Source: an uncultured Pseudomonadota bacterium (lineage in GTDB: Bacteria; Pseudomonadota; Alphaproteobacteria; UBA9219). From it: DNA of 50,792 bases. The position numbers were made by a program, and so were the translations under genes. The stretch's first letter is position 1, and every line of letters begins with the position of its first letter. A model generated the notes under the pieces. It ran no database searches. It saw nothing but the letters and a program-made list of their open reading frames with translations, and had not been told where the DNA came from. Below are positions 1-8,971 of the stretch, in pieces. The DNA is taken from contig CAIQVS010000332.1 of the NCBI GenBank assembly GCA_903875345.1, positions 1 through 50,792 of the forward strand. Reading direction: 5' to 3'.

Positions 1-139
1 GGGTGGTCGAGCGTTCCTTCGCGTGGCTCGACAAATGCCGCAGACTTTGGAAAAACTGCGAGCGTAAACTCAACACCAGCCTGAACATGGTCGCTCTCGC
101 TTTCCTCGCTCTGCTCATAAAAAGATCATGAACAGGCTC
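1..139 (+). mobile_element. Right end of an IS5-family element (IS1031-like), truncated by the window edge; transposase C-terminus at 3-131
   Basis: Frame 3 reads VVERSFAWLDKCRRLWKNCERKLNTSLNMVALAFLALLIKRS* (IS5-type (W)VVERxFAW motif). Terminal sequence GATCATGAACAGGCTC ends at 139, followed by TAA (140-142, likely target site). Confidence 0.88.
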
Positions 140-409
140 TAAGAACGGTGCGGCCAGCAGTGAGTATCCCGGCGGATACCAATGATGTGCAGCGGATAAG
201 TCACCATGAAAGAACGCTTGCGCGGCATCTAAATACTTTGATTGATCCCACCAACCATACCAGACCGGCGTTGGCACATGAATAACGTGCCATTCCAGGA
301 CAACAAAAGAAATCAGCGAGATTGCGCAACCCAGCCAGAGACAAGCCTTATTGTCGTGTAGTTTTTCAACGAGCCACGCTTGCGCACAACGAAGGGAATT
401 ATTGAGCAT
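140..409 (-). pseudogene. 5' part (90 codons) of a membrane protein, GT-C-like glycosyltransferase, interrupted by the IS5 element
   Basis: Manual translation from ATG 409: MLNNSLRCAQAWLVEKLHDNKACLWLGCAISLISFVVLEWHVIHVPTPVWYGWWDQSKYLDAAQAFFHGDLSAAHHWYPPGYSLLAAPFL, then the IS end. One TM helix followed by D..Y and YPPGY motifs typical of GT-C first loops. Confidence 0.6.
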
Positions 410-436
410 GAAAGTTCCGTTTTAGGTTGTGCAGCT

Positions 437-1873
437 TTATGGCTTACCCCGCCCGCCGACCGTCATGTTTTCCATCCGCATCGTCGGTTGCCCGACGCCG
501 ACGGGGACGCTCTGGCCATTCTTGCCACAGGTGCCGACGCCCCCGTCCATCATCGTGTCGTTGCCGATCATGCTGATGCGCTTTAGCGCTTCGAAGCCTG
601 TGCCGACCAGTGACGCACCTTTGACCGGACGGCCAATCTTACCGTTCTCGATTTCATAGGCCTCGCTGGCCGTGAAGACGAATTTTCCAGAGGTGATGTC
701 GACCTGACCCCCACCAAAATCAACGGCATAGATACCTTTCTTCACTGAAGCGATAATCTCTTCCTTCGTCATCGAGCCGGGACGCATGATGGTATTGGTC
801 ATGCGCGGGAACGGTTGACAGGAGAAGCCTTCACGCCGCCCGTTGCCGGTCGGGTTGACTCCCATCAGCCGCGCATTAAGGCGATCCTGCATATAGCCAA
901 CCAGAACTCCGTCCTCGATCAGGGTCGTGCATTGCGACGGCGTGCCCTCGTCGTCAATCGTCAACGACCCGCGCCGCCGGTCAATTGTGCCGTCATCGAC
1001 GACCGTCACGCCCTTGGCCGCGATTTGTTGGCCAAGCAATTCTGAAAACGCCGAAGTTTTCTTGCGGTTAAAATCCCCTTCAAGTCCATGACCAATCGCT
1101 TCGTGCAACATCACGGCAGGCCAGCCGGGGCCAAGGACGACGGTCATTTCGCCCGCCGGAGCATCGACGGCCTCCAAATTGACGAGCGATTTGCGCAAAG
1201 CTTCGTCGGCGAGTTTCTGCCATTCGGCAGGTTCAAACCAGCGGTCATATTCGAGCCGCCCTCCACCGCCCATGCCGCCCGCCTCCATGCGATCGCCCTG
1301 CTTCGTCACGACTGAGACGTTGAGGCGCACCAGCGGACGAATATCGGCAGCACGCCAGCCTCCGGCGCGGATGATCTGCACCGCTTGCCAACTGCCGAGC
1401 AACGAGACACTGACCTGATGCGCACGCGGTTCCTTGGCGCGGATATAGGCATCAATCTCATGCAACAGTTTAACTTTGTCTTCAAACCCCTTGCCGCGTA
1501 GTGGATTGGTCGCGTCGTACAAATGCCGATTAGTTCCCTGCGGTGGCAAGGCCATCGCGCCGCTATGGCCAGATTTGATCGCGCGAACGGTTTCGGAGGC
1601 GCGACGAATGGCTTTTTCATCCAGCGAGACGGCGTGAGCGTAACCCGTCGCCTCGCCCGATACGGCACGAAGCCCAAAGCCCTGCGTGGTGTCAAAGCTG
1701 GCGTTCTTCAGCTTGCCGTCGTCCCAGACCATGCTTTCGGATTGACGGTATTCGAGAAACAGCTCGCCGTCGTCGGCACCTGCCAGAGCATCGCTAACCA
1801 GCCGTTCGACCGCGCCGCGATCCATGCCGGTCTGAGTGAAAAACAAATCGTCGGTTTCGGCGAGGGATGACAT
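437..1873 (-). CDS. tldD: Metalloprotease TldD
   Basis: 478 aa; LHEAIGHGLEGDFNRK, PRMTNT, GGQVDITSGKFVF and CGKNGQSVPVGVGQPT motifs. Confidence 0.96.
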   Translation of the reverse strand: MSSLAETDDLFFTQTGMDRGAVERLVSDALAGADDGELFLEYRQSESMVWDDGKLKNASFDTTQGFGLRAVSGEATGYAHAVSLDEKAIRRASETVRAIKSGHSGAMALPPQGTNRHLYDATNPLRGKGFEDKVKLLHEIDAYIRAKEPRAHQVSVSLLGSWQAVQIIRAGGWRAADIRPLVRLNVSVVTKQGDRMEAGGMGGGGRLEYDRWFEPAEWQKLADEALRKSLVNLEAVDAPAGEMTVVLGPGWPAVMLHEAIGHGLEGDFNRKKTSAFSELLGQQIAAKGVTVVDDGTIDRRRGSLTIDDEGTPSQCTTLIEDGVLVGYMQDRLNARLMGVNPTGNGRREGFSCQPFPRMTNTIMRPGSMTKEEIIASVKKGIYAVDFGGGQVDITSGKFVFTASEAYEIENGKIGRPVKGASLVGTGFEALKRISMIGNDTMMDGGVGTCGKNGQSVPVGVGQPTMRMENMTVGGRGKP

Positions 1874-1903
1874 GGCGGCTCCGTTTATAGCTTCAGGGGC
1901 TTA

Positions 1904-1931
1904 ATATAGGCATAGTTTGAGGGAAAACAAA
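1904..1931 (-). promoter_or_regulatory. Putative RpoH/sigma70-type promoter of tldD
   Basis: Minus strand TTTG-N17-CCTATAT, close to the alphaproteobacterial CTTG-N17-CCTATAT consensus, about 30 nt upstream of the ATG. Confidence 0.45.
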
Positions 1932-2020
1932 TCTGAGCTTAAAGCATATTTCTGGAGGTTGCAGCGGATGTGTAGTTTCGCCTACACTGTGCTGCATAAC
2001 ACTAACGTAAGGCCATGATC

Positions 2021-3040
2021 ATGAAAAAATACAAAGTCGCCGTTGTCGGCGCTACGGGCGCGGTAGGGCGCGAGATGCTGAAGACTTTGGCGGAACGGGA
2101 GTTTCCGGTTTCGGACGTCATTGCGCTGGCTTCAGGAAAATCGGCAGGCAGCGAGGTCAGTTTCGGCGAGGACGATGTCCTGACGGTACAGGACCTTGCC
2201 GATTATAATTTCAAGGGTACTGATATTTGCCTGTCCTCGGCAGGCGCAAAAATCTCGGCAGAGTTCGCGCCACGCGCGGGCAAAGCGGGATGTGTCGTGA
2301 TCGACAACACATCGCATTTTCGCATGGATCCGGATGTTCCTCTGGTTGTGCCGGAGGTCAATCCGCAAGCGATTGCCGACTATACCAAACGCAACATCAT
2401 CGCCAATCCGAATTGCTCGACGATCCAGATGGTCGTCGCTTTGAAACCGCTGCATGAAGCGGCCACAATCAAGCGCATCGTCGTTGCGACCTATCAATCG
2501 GTTTCCGGCGCAGGCAAGGAGGCGATGGACGAGCTGTTCACACAGTCGCGCGCTATTTTTGTCAATGATGAACTCGTCAAAGAAGTGTTCAAGAAACAGA
2601 TCGCCTTCAACGTCATTCCGCAGATCGACGTGTTCATGGAGGACGGATCGACCAAAGAAGAATGGAAAATGGTGGCTGAGACAAAGAAAATCCTCGACCC
2701 GAAGATCAAGGTTTCAGCAACCTGCGTGCGCGTACCGGTGTTCATCTGCCATGCCGAGGCGGTGAATATCGAGTTTGAAAAGCCGATCAGCGCCGCCGAA
2801 GCGCGGGCGCTGCTGAAGAAGGCTCCGGGCGTGACTGTCATCGACCATCATCATGAGGAGGGATTTGTCACACCGGTCGAATGCGCGGGCGAGGACAACA
2901 CGTTCGTCAGCCGCATCCGCGAAGACGGTTCGGTCGAAAGCGGCCTGTCGATGTGGATCGTTGCCGACAATCTGCGCAAAGGCGCGGCGCTGAACGCGGT
3001 GCAGATTGCGGAAATTCTGGCGCGGGATTATCTGAAATAA
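2021..3040 (+). CDS. asd: Aspartate-semialdehyde dehydrogenase
   Basis: VAVVGATGAVG, NPNCSTIQ (catalytic Cys), YQSVSGAG, DNLRKGAALNAVQIAE; start could be 2015. Confidence 0.97.
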   Translation: MKKYKVAVVGATGAVGREMLKTLAEREFPVSDVIALASGKSAGSEVSFGEDDVLTVQDLADYNFKGTDICLSSAGAKISAEFAPRAGKAGCVVIDNTSHFRMDPDVPLVVPEVNPQAIADYTKRNIIANPNCSTIQMVVALKPLHEAATIKRIVVATYQSVSGAGKEAMDELFTQSRAIFVNDELVKEVFKKQIAFNVIPQIDVFMEDGSTKEEWKMVAETKKILDPKIKVSATCVRVPVFICHAEAVNIEFEKPISAAEARALLKKAPGVTVIDHHHEEGFVTPVECAGEDNTFVSRIREDGSVESGLSMWIVADNLRKGAALNAVQIAEILARDYLK

Positions 3041-3143
3041 TAGTCTGATTTGTGGCTGGAACGGGCTGCAACAATCCCTGATGGTATTTGCTTGCAGGAT
3101 GTTCCCGCCCCATACAAGTTGGCTCTCTTTGTGGGAATGTATA

Positions 3144-3575
3144 ATGTCCGTTGTCATTGATATCTCGAAATATCTTCAGATAAAGGGCGAACGTGGGGCT
3201 GAAGCAGCCATAGAAACTTTAGTAGCAGATGCAGAACTGCCGATAACCCCTGCAACAGCTTCGCTTGGCTACAAGAATAGAACGATTTTCACCGCAGCAT
3301 TGCCCTTTGTCTGGGTTATTGGACATTTTGACGACGACCGAGTCACCGAACCTCTTTCATTTATCGGCGTCGGGATGACGAAAGAACGAGCGCTTTGCGA
3401 TTTACTCGACAGATGCCTGTTTCCCGAAATGAATGGGGACACGTATTCTCGTTTGCAAAATGCTCTGCGTGTTACCTTAAGAATTGGCCTGCTTGATTGT
3501 ACAATGGAGCCCACCGCTTCACCCATACGCAATCCTGTCCCAGTATCCGTGCCCTTGCTGGCAGCCACAGCCTGA
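3144..3575 (+). CDS. Hypothetical protein (orphan, 143 aa)
   Basis: ORF fills the asd-dapB gap on the same strand; ATG at 3144 preceded by GGGA; AT-richer than neighbours; no recognisable motif. Confidence 0.6.
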   Translation: MSVVIDISKYLQIKGERGAEAAIETLVADAELPITPATASLGYKNRTIFTAALPFVWVIGHFDDDRVTEPLSFIGVGMTKERALCDLLDRCLFPEMNGDTYSRLQNALRVTLRIGLLDCTMEPTASPIRNPVPVSVPLLAATA

Positions 3576-3632
3576 ACTTGTCTCTGTCGCGCCTCTGTGG
3601 TTTCCTGTACTCCAAATTGTCGGAGAGTTTTC

Positions 3633-4361
3633 ATGATCCATATCGGACTTCTAGGCTACGCTGGTCGCATGGGGCAACAGATCGCCGCCGTTATCGCCGA
3701 ACGTGATTCCTGTCAGCTCGTGGCGGGATTGGTGCGCGAAGGCAAGGCTGCTCCAAAAGCGGATGGCGAAGTTCTGTTGTCCCCCAATCCTGATGAAGTG
3801 GTGGCCACGAGCGATATTATTATCGACTTTACACTGGCTTCAGCGACGCCGGATTTTGTCCGGTTGGCGGCCAAGCATCGCAAGGCCTTCGTTTCCGGCA
3901 CGACCGGCATGGATGCGGCGGGTATCACGGCGTTGCGCGAGGCGGCGAAAACCATACCCGTCCTTTACGCTCCGAATACAAGCTTGTCTTTGGCGGCGAT
4001 GAAGCAGATCACGGCGCTGGCAGCAAAACTGCTGGGACGTTTTGATTACGATGTCGCCATATTGGATGAGCATCACCGGCACAAGAAAGACGCGCCATCG
4101 GGCACGGCCAAGGCTTTGGGCGAAGCGGTGCAAAGCGGTAATGGAGGCTTGAAAACGCCGAGCTATGCCGCGATCCGCGCCGGAGAGATCGTCGGCGAGC
4201 ACGAGATAGTTTTCGCCGGAGCGGGCGAGCTGATCCGCCTACGCCATTCCGTCACCGACCGCCGCATCTTCGCGCAAGGCGCGGTCGACGCGGCACTGTG
4301 GCTGCATGGAAAACCGGCGGGATTCTACGGCATGGATGATGTGTTGAAACTTAGCGAATAG
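3633..4361 (+). CDS. dapB: 4-hydroxy-tetrahydrodipicolinate reductase
   Basis: GYAGRMG, IIDFT, GTTG, EHHRHKKDAPSGTA, RAGEIVGEHEI; GGAG upstream of ATG 3633. Confidence 0.96.
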   Translation: MIHIGLLGYAGRMGQQIAAVIAERDSCQLVAGLVREGKAAPKADGEVLLSPNPDEVVATSDIIIDFTLASATPDFVRLAAKHRKAFVSGTTGMDAAGITALREAAKTIPVLYAPNTSLSLAAMKQITALAAKLLGRFDYDVAILDEHHRHKKDAPSGTAKALGEAVQSGNGGLKTPSYAAIRAGEIVGEHEIVFAGAGELIRLRHSVTDRRIFAQGAVDAALWLHGKPAGFYGMDDVLKLSE

Positions 4362-4365
4362 CCGT

Positions 4366-4827
4366 TCAGGCACTCTTCGCTTCGGGTTCGTCGGCGAGGG
4401 AGGTGAATTCGTCTTCGTGCATCGTCTGACCCAAATCCCACATTTTTTCGACTGTATCGCGCGCCATTTGCCGCCAGCGACGCGTTTCGGCCTGACTTGC
4501 GATCAGTTTCTGCTCCAGTTCGGCGGCACGTTGCCGCCACAACTCGGCTTCGGCGGATCGCATCTGAAGATCATTCCGTGTGGCACATAATTGCTGACGC
4601 AATTCATTATTTTCGATTTCAAGTTCGACGGATGGCGTCATGAAAAATGGCATCGGCAGACCACGACGCTGTTTCTGAGCGGCGGCGCGGGCAAGGTCGC
4701 CGAACGACAATCCCCTTTGCATCAGAACCTGCCGCGCCTTGCGCACAGCGACAACCGCTTCGCCATCATGCGACGAGTCGGCGAGGGCAAGAATTTTGTC
4801 GAGTTGGCTGGGTTGCTGGGAACTCAT
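4366..4827 (-). CDS. Hypothetical protein with DUF2786-like N-terminal helical hairpin and C-terminal coiled coil
   Basis: LDKILALADSSHDGEAVVAVRKARQVL resembles DUF2786 (K.LALA.S....EA..A...A..L); heptad-rich C-half; start taken at MSSQQ. Confidence 0.65.
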   Translation of the reverse strand: MSSQQPSQLDKILALADSSHDGEAVVAVRKARQVLMQRGLSFGDLARAAAQKQRRGLPMPFFMTPSVELEIENNELRQQLCATRNDLQMRSAEAELWRQRAAELEQKLIASQAETRRWRQMARDTVEKMWDLGQTMHEDEFTSLADEPEAKSA

Positions 4828-4914
4828 TGAATCATCGTACAGAAACAGGACTGATTCGCATATTCGATAGTTGAGGCGGAGACGAAAAAACACCGATGCA
4901 GCACACAGCCAAAA

Positions 4915-5478
4915 TTAACCCTGTTCAAGCTCCGTATCCCAGTAAAGATAATCGCGCCAACTTTGGTGTAGGTAATTCGGCGGAAAGGCACGACCGTTTT
5001 CCTGAAGCTCATGGCTTAGGGGACGCCAAGGTTTTTGCCGTGGGTGCATGTGGCATTGATCCGGCAAGCGGTTTCCCTTCTTCAAATTGCACTGGCCACA
5101 GGCGGTAACGACGTTTTCCCATATGGTGCGACCACCCTTTGAGCGCGGGACGACATGATCAAAAGTTAAATCCTGCGTCGGGCGGTGATGGCCGCAATAT
5201 TGGCAACTGAAACTGTCGCGCAGAAACACGTTGAATCGCGTGAAGGCAGGATAGCGCGAAGAGGCAATGTATTCCTTAAGCGCGATAACGCTTGGCAGTT
5301 TCATGCGAAAGCTGGGAGAATGAACCTCGCGGTCATATTCGGAGAGGATGTTAACACGGTCAAGAAAGACCGCCTTGACAGTGTCTTGCCACGACCACAG
5401 CGATAAAGGAAAATAACTCAACGGACGGAAATCCGCGTTAAGAACCAAGGCGGGGCAATTTTCAAGCGACGGCGTCAA
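4915..5478 (-). CDS. HNH endonuclease (McrA-like, zinc-binding)
   Basis: ALVLNADFRPLS, PSVI, FTRFNVFLRDSFSCQYCG, TFDHVVPRSKGG, WENVVTACGQCNLKKG. Confidence 0.93.
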   Translation of the reverse strand: MTPSLENCPALVLNADFRPLSYFPLSLWSWQDTVKAVFLDRVNILSEYDREVHSPSFRMKLPSVIALKEYIASSRYPAFTRFNVFLRDSFSCQYCGHHRPTQDLTFDHVVPRSKGGRTIWENVVTACGQCNLKKGNRLPDQCHMHPRQKPWRPLSHELQENGRAFPPNYLHQSWRDYLYWDTELEQG

Positions 5479-5712
5479 CTCCGTGGGCTCCCCTGCAAAC
5501 CTGTCATTCGCTGACCATAAGTGCTATAAACGCTACAAAGCTTTGTGCGTCAGTGAACGACAAGTCGAATCAAGACTAAGTTAACCATGATGTAGTAAAT
5601 CCTCAGCAAATTGTCCATAGATGTCGTCGTTAGCAGCCCAAAGCCGAATTGGGCGCGTTACACTAAAGGTCACTGTGCAAAAGGCGGGTTCTTGCTCAAC
5701 TGATCCTACGAT

Positions 5713-6033
5713 TCAATGGATCGTGTGGTCGGTGTTATGATTTTCAGGACGCCCAAGATCAAGGCGTGTCGCCACACTGACAAGGCCTTGCCTCAATTGC
5801 GTGTTGGCTTGTGCCAAAAGCTGTAGCTGCTGGTCATAATTGCGCTGCTGTTTCTGCACTTGCGCCAAAGCTTCGGCAAGTCTTTGCGCGGTGCGAACTT
5901 GTTGATTGGCAGCTTCGGTCAGCGCCGCCGATACGCTGTCGCGGAGCTTACGCATCCACAACGCCGCCACCACCACAAAACTTATGGCTGAAACAGACGT
6001 GACAGCTACGACGATGAGAATCCAGCTAAGCAT
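5713..6033 (-). CDS. Small single-pass membrane protein with coiled coil
   Basis: N-terminal hydrophobic segment (WILIVVAVTSVSAISFVVVAALW), Q/L-rich heptads, C-terminal TIH; start may be 6069. Confidence 0.7.
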   Translation of the reverse strand: MLSWILIVVAVTSVSAISFVVVAALWMRKLRDSVSAALTEAANQQVRTAQRLAEALAQVQKQQRNYDQQLQLLAQANTQLRQGLVSVATRLDLGRPENHNTDHTIH

Positions 6034-6164
6034 TCTCGTGATCCTATCTGTTTTGCGTCCAAAACTCAAGGCCGACGGCAGGCCGATTTAATTGCATAAC
6101 TCGTCACATACAAGGCTCGTTGTATATCCTTGCCTCGCCACAAAAAATCCGTCAAAAAGAGGTT

Positions 6165-7007
6165 ATGAACTCCCCATCTTCCATCGCATCCCCACAGACT
6201 GAGTCCGCACCGGTCTCAGCGCCTCAACCACGAGAAATTGGCGCGGTGAATTGGCTCGGACTTTGGGTTCTGACCGGCAAAGAGATCGGTCGTTTCGTCA
6301 AGGTTTATGCTCAAACCTTAATTGCGCCCGTCATCACAACTTTATTGTTTTATGCCATCTTTTCTCTGGCGATGGGTGGTGGGCAGCGCACAATTGGCGG
6401 CATGTCCTATCTTGCGTTTCTTGCGCCTGGACTGATCATGATGTCGATGGCGCAGAACGCTTTTGCCAACACATCAAGCTCAATCGTGATTTCCAAGATG
6501 CAAGGCAATATTGTCGACGTTCTGATGCCGCCTCTGTCACCAATGGAGCTGACGATCGGTTACACATTGGGCGGGGTTTTCCGTGGCGTTGCCGTCGGTA
6601 TCGTCTCGGTCTTGGCGCTGGCGGCGTTTATCGATGTGCCCCTTATGCACCCGGCCTATATCATCTATCATGCTACCATGGGGTCGATGATGCTGGCGCT
6701 GCTGGGGATAATCGGCGGCATCTGGTCGGATAAATTCGATCATTTGGCATCGGTGCAGAATTTTATCATCATGCCGGCCACTTTTCTGTCCGGCACATTC
6801 TATACAGCTGATCGTCTGCCCGATGCTTGGCGATTCTTGTGTCATGTGAATCCTTTTTTCTACATGATCGACGGGTTTCGCTATGGCTTCATCGGCGTGT
6901 CGGACGGTACGCTTGGCTTCGGCTTGGCTATCATGTTCCTAATCAACGCCGCCTTGCTGACAATCACCTACGGCATGATTGACGCCGGATACAAACTCAA
7001 GTCGTAA
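6165..7007 (+). CDS. ABC-2 type transporter permease (YadH-like)
   Basis: NWLGLWVLTGKEIGRF, YLAFLAPGLIMMSMAQNAFANTSSS, NPFFYMIDGFRYG; six TM segments; GAGG before ATG 6165; no ATPase partner in window. Confidence 0.92.
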   Translation: MNSPSSIASPQTESAPVSAPQPREIGAVNWLGLWVLTGKEIGRFVKVYAQTLIAPVITTLLFYAIFSLAMGGGQRTIGGMSYLAFLAPGLIMMSMAQNAFANTSSSIVISKMQGNIVDVLMPPLSPMELTIGYTLGGVFRGVAVGIVSVLALAAFIDVPLMHPAYIIYHATMGSMMLALLGIIGGIWSDKFDHLASVQNFIIMPATFLSGTFYTADRLPDAWRFLCHVNPFFYMIDGFRYGFIGVSDGTLGFGLAIMFLINAALLTITYGMIDAGYKLKS

Positions 7008-7024
7008 AAGAAGAAAGACACGCC

Positions 7025-8218
7025 ATGCCCCGCACCGGTTTTCCAGTCATGATGCCCGTTTACGCCAAGTCCGGGATCACTTTCGAACGCGGCGAGGGCG
7101 TGTATCTGTATGACAACAAGGGACAACGTTATCTGGATTTTGTCGGCGGCATAGCCGTTACTGGTCTTGGTCATTGCCATCCCTATGTCGTCAAAGCACT
7201 GAAGGAGCAGGCGGACAAGGTTTGGATTTTGTCCAACTCTCACACTTCGCCGCCGACGGATCGGCTGGCTGAACGGCTGATCGATCTGACGTTTGCCGAG
7301 ACGGTATTCTTCCAGAATTCCGGCGTTGAAGCGTGGGAATGCGGCGTCAAGACCGTGCGGAAATATTTCAGCAGCATCGGCCAACCGCAGCGCTATCGTA
7401 TCATCACCTTCAAGGGCTGTTTTCATGGGCGTACTCTCGCCGCCATTGCCGCCTCAAAAACGGACAAAATGGTCAAGGGTTTCGGACCGATGGTGGACGG
7501 CTTTGATCAGGTCGCATGGGGCAATCTAAACGAAGTGCGCGCCGCGATCACGGAGCAAACCGCTGCGATCCATATTGAGCCTGTGATCGGCGAAGGCGGT
7601 ATGAAACCTGCTGATCCCGAATTTCTCCGCGCTCTTCGCGCCGCCTGCGACGAATTCGGCCTGCTGCTCTATTTCGACGAGATCCAATGCGGCATGGGGC
7701 GCACCGGCAAACTGTTCGCGCATGAATGGGCAGGAGTGACGCCGGATGTAATGTGCATCGCCAAGGCGCTCGGCAACGGCTTTCCCATCGGGGCGTGCCT
7801 AGCGACGTCAAAAGCGGCGCAAGGAATGACCGTCGGAACGCATGGTTCGACCTATGGCGGCAATCCGCTGGCGACGGCGGTCGGCAATGCCGTACTCGAC
7901 ATTATGACGCAACCGGGCTTTCTGGATAGGGTCATACGCAAAGGCGATTATCTGTGGCAAAAGCTGGACGATTTGGTAAAGCGTCATCCGAAGATTTTTA
8001 TCGAACATCGCGGTAAAGGCTTGATGCAGGGCATTTGCTGCGCGGCAGCGATCTCGAACGAGGATTTCATCAAGGCGTTGCGCGCAGAAAAATTGATGAC
8101 GGTCGCCGCCGGCGACAATATGTTCCGGTTACTGCCGCCGCTGATTGTCACCGAATCCGAAATCGACGAGGCGATTGCCATTATCGATCGCGTCACAGCG
8201 AAAATGGTCGCAGCATGA
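7025..8218 (+). CDS. argD: Acetylornithine aminotransferase (class III PLP aminotransferase)
   Basis: YLDFVGGIAV, FHGRT, EPVIGEGG, DEIQCGMGRTG, AKALGNGFPIGA, HGSTYGGNPLA. Confidence 0.92.
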   Translation: MPRTGFPVMMPVYAKSGITFERGEGVYLYDNKGQRYLDFVGGIAVTGLGHCHPYVVKALKEQADKVWILSNSHTSPPTDRLAERLIDLTFAETVFFQNSGVEAWECGVKTVRKYFSSIGQPQRYRIITFKGCFHGRTLAAIAASKTDKMVKGFGPMVDGFDQVAWGNLNEVRAAITEQTAAIHIEPVIGEGGMKPADPEFLRALRAACDEFGLLLYFDEIQCGMGRTGKLFAHEWAGVTPDVMCIAKALGNGFPIGACLATSKAAQGMTVGTHGSTYGGNPLATAVGNAVLDIMTQPGFLDRVIRKGDYLWQKLDDLVKRHPKIFIEHRGKGLMQGICCAAAISNEDFIKALRAEKLMTVAAGDNMFRLLPPLIVTESEIDEAIAIIDRVTAKMVAA

Positions 8219-8796
8219 TGAATAAACGGTTTCTCCATTTCTGCCTTGCGTCCTGTCTTATGTTTTTGGTGGCGTGCGCCGATGACAGCGACAAGACCGA
8301 AGATACAGACAAGCACGAACCCCCGGCCCCCAAAACAGCCGAGGTTCTGCCAATCTGTCCACAAGTGGCGATTGTGAAGGAGCTTGAAGCGGTCAACGAC
8401 TACGCCGGTGAAACGCCGACCAAGGATCAACTCGTTGCCGCAGCGTTGATGCGTAATGTTGTGGGCACCTGCTCCTACGCCGATGCGGGGATAGATGTAA
8501 CATTTGATTTGAACTTCGCGGCTGAACGCGGCCCAAAACTTGGCGGATTGAAGGCCAGTTTCCCATTTTTCGTCGCTGTGGTTGCCCCAAACGCCACGGT
8601 TCTTAACAAGGAATTGATGACGCTTGAGCTTAAGTTTTCCAGCGACACTCCGTTTGCCGACCGCAGCGAGTCCCTGCATGTGTTGATTCCCATAGATAAA
8701 TCAAAGCGCTCAACCGGTCCGGATTATCAGGTATTGATGGGCTTTCAGTTGACCAAGGACCAGCTGGAACAGACGAAGAAAGAAACCATGCAATAG
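8215..8796 (+). CDS. Putative lipoprotein, conserved alphaproteobacterial type
   Basis: Signal peptide with lipobox LVAC; CPQVAIV...ERGP...FPFFVAVV...YQVLMGFQLT; ATGA overlap with the argD stop. Confidence 0.8.
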   Translation: MMNKRFLHFCLASCLMFLVACADDSDKTEDTDKHEPPAPKTAEVLPICPQVAIVKELEAVNDYAGETPTKDQLVAAALMRNVVGTCSYADAGIDVTFDLNFAAERGPKLGGLKASFPFFVAVVAPNATVLNKELMTLELKFSSDTPFADRSESLHVLIPIDKSKRSTGPDYQVLMGFQLTKDQLEQTKKETMQ

Positions 8797-8971
8797 CCTT
8801 GCTCTTGCAACGTCCAAGATCGTCCAGACGGCAACATCAGATGTTCCATATATGAAAACCAAAACCTAATCTCAAAATGCATTTGTTGTGCATTGCTTGA
8901 TAAAAATTGTTGCAACGAATGGAGTGCGCTTTTTACCATAGCGACTAACCCTTGAATTTACGGTTATAGGC

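Noticed and set aside
4915-5478. HNH gene as IscB/Cas9-like RNA-guided nuclease or intron-encoded homing endonuclease
   Set aside because: Only 187 aa; no RuvC motifs, PLMP N-terminus or Arg-rich bridge helix; not inside an intron or IS; matches the common standalone alphaproteobacterial HNH type.
8797-8971. Imperfect inverted repeat CATTTGTTG...CAACGAATG upstream of murD as an sRNA or operator
   Set aside because: Short, imperfect and in AT-rich promoter DNA; not distinguishable from chance without comparative data.
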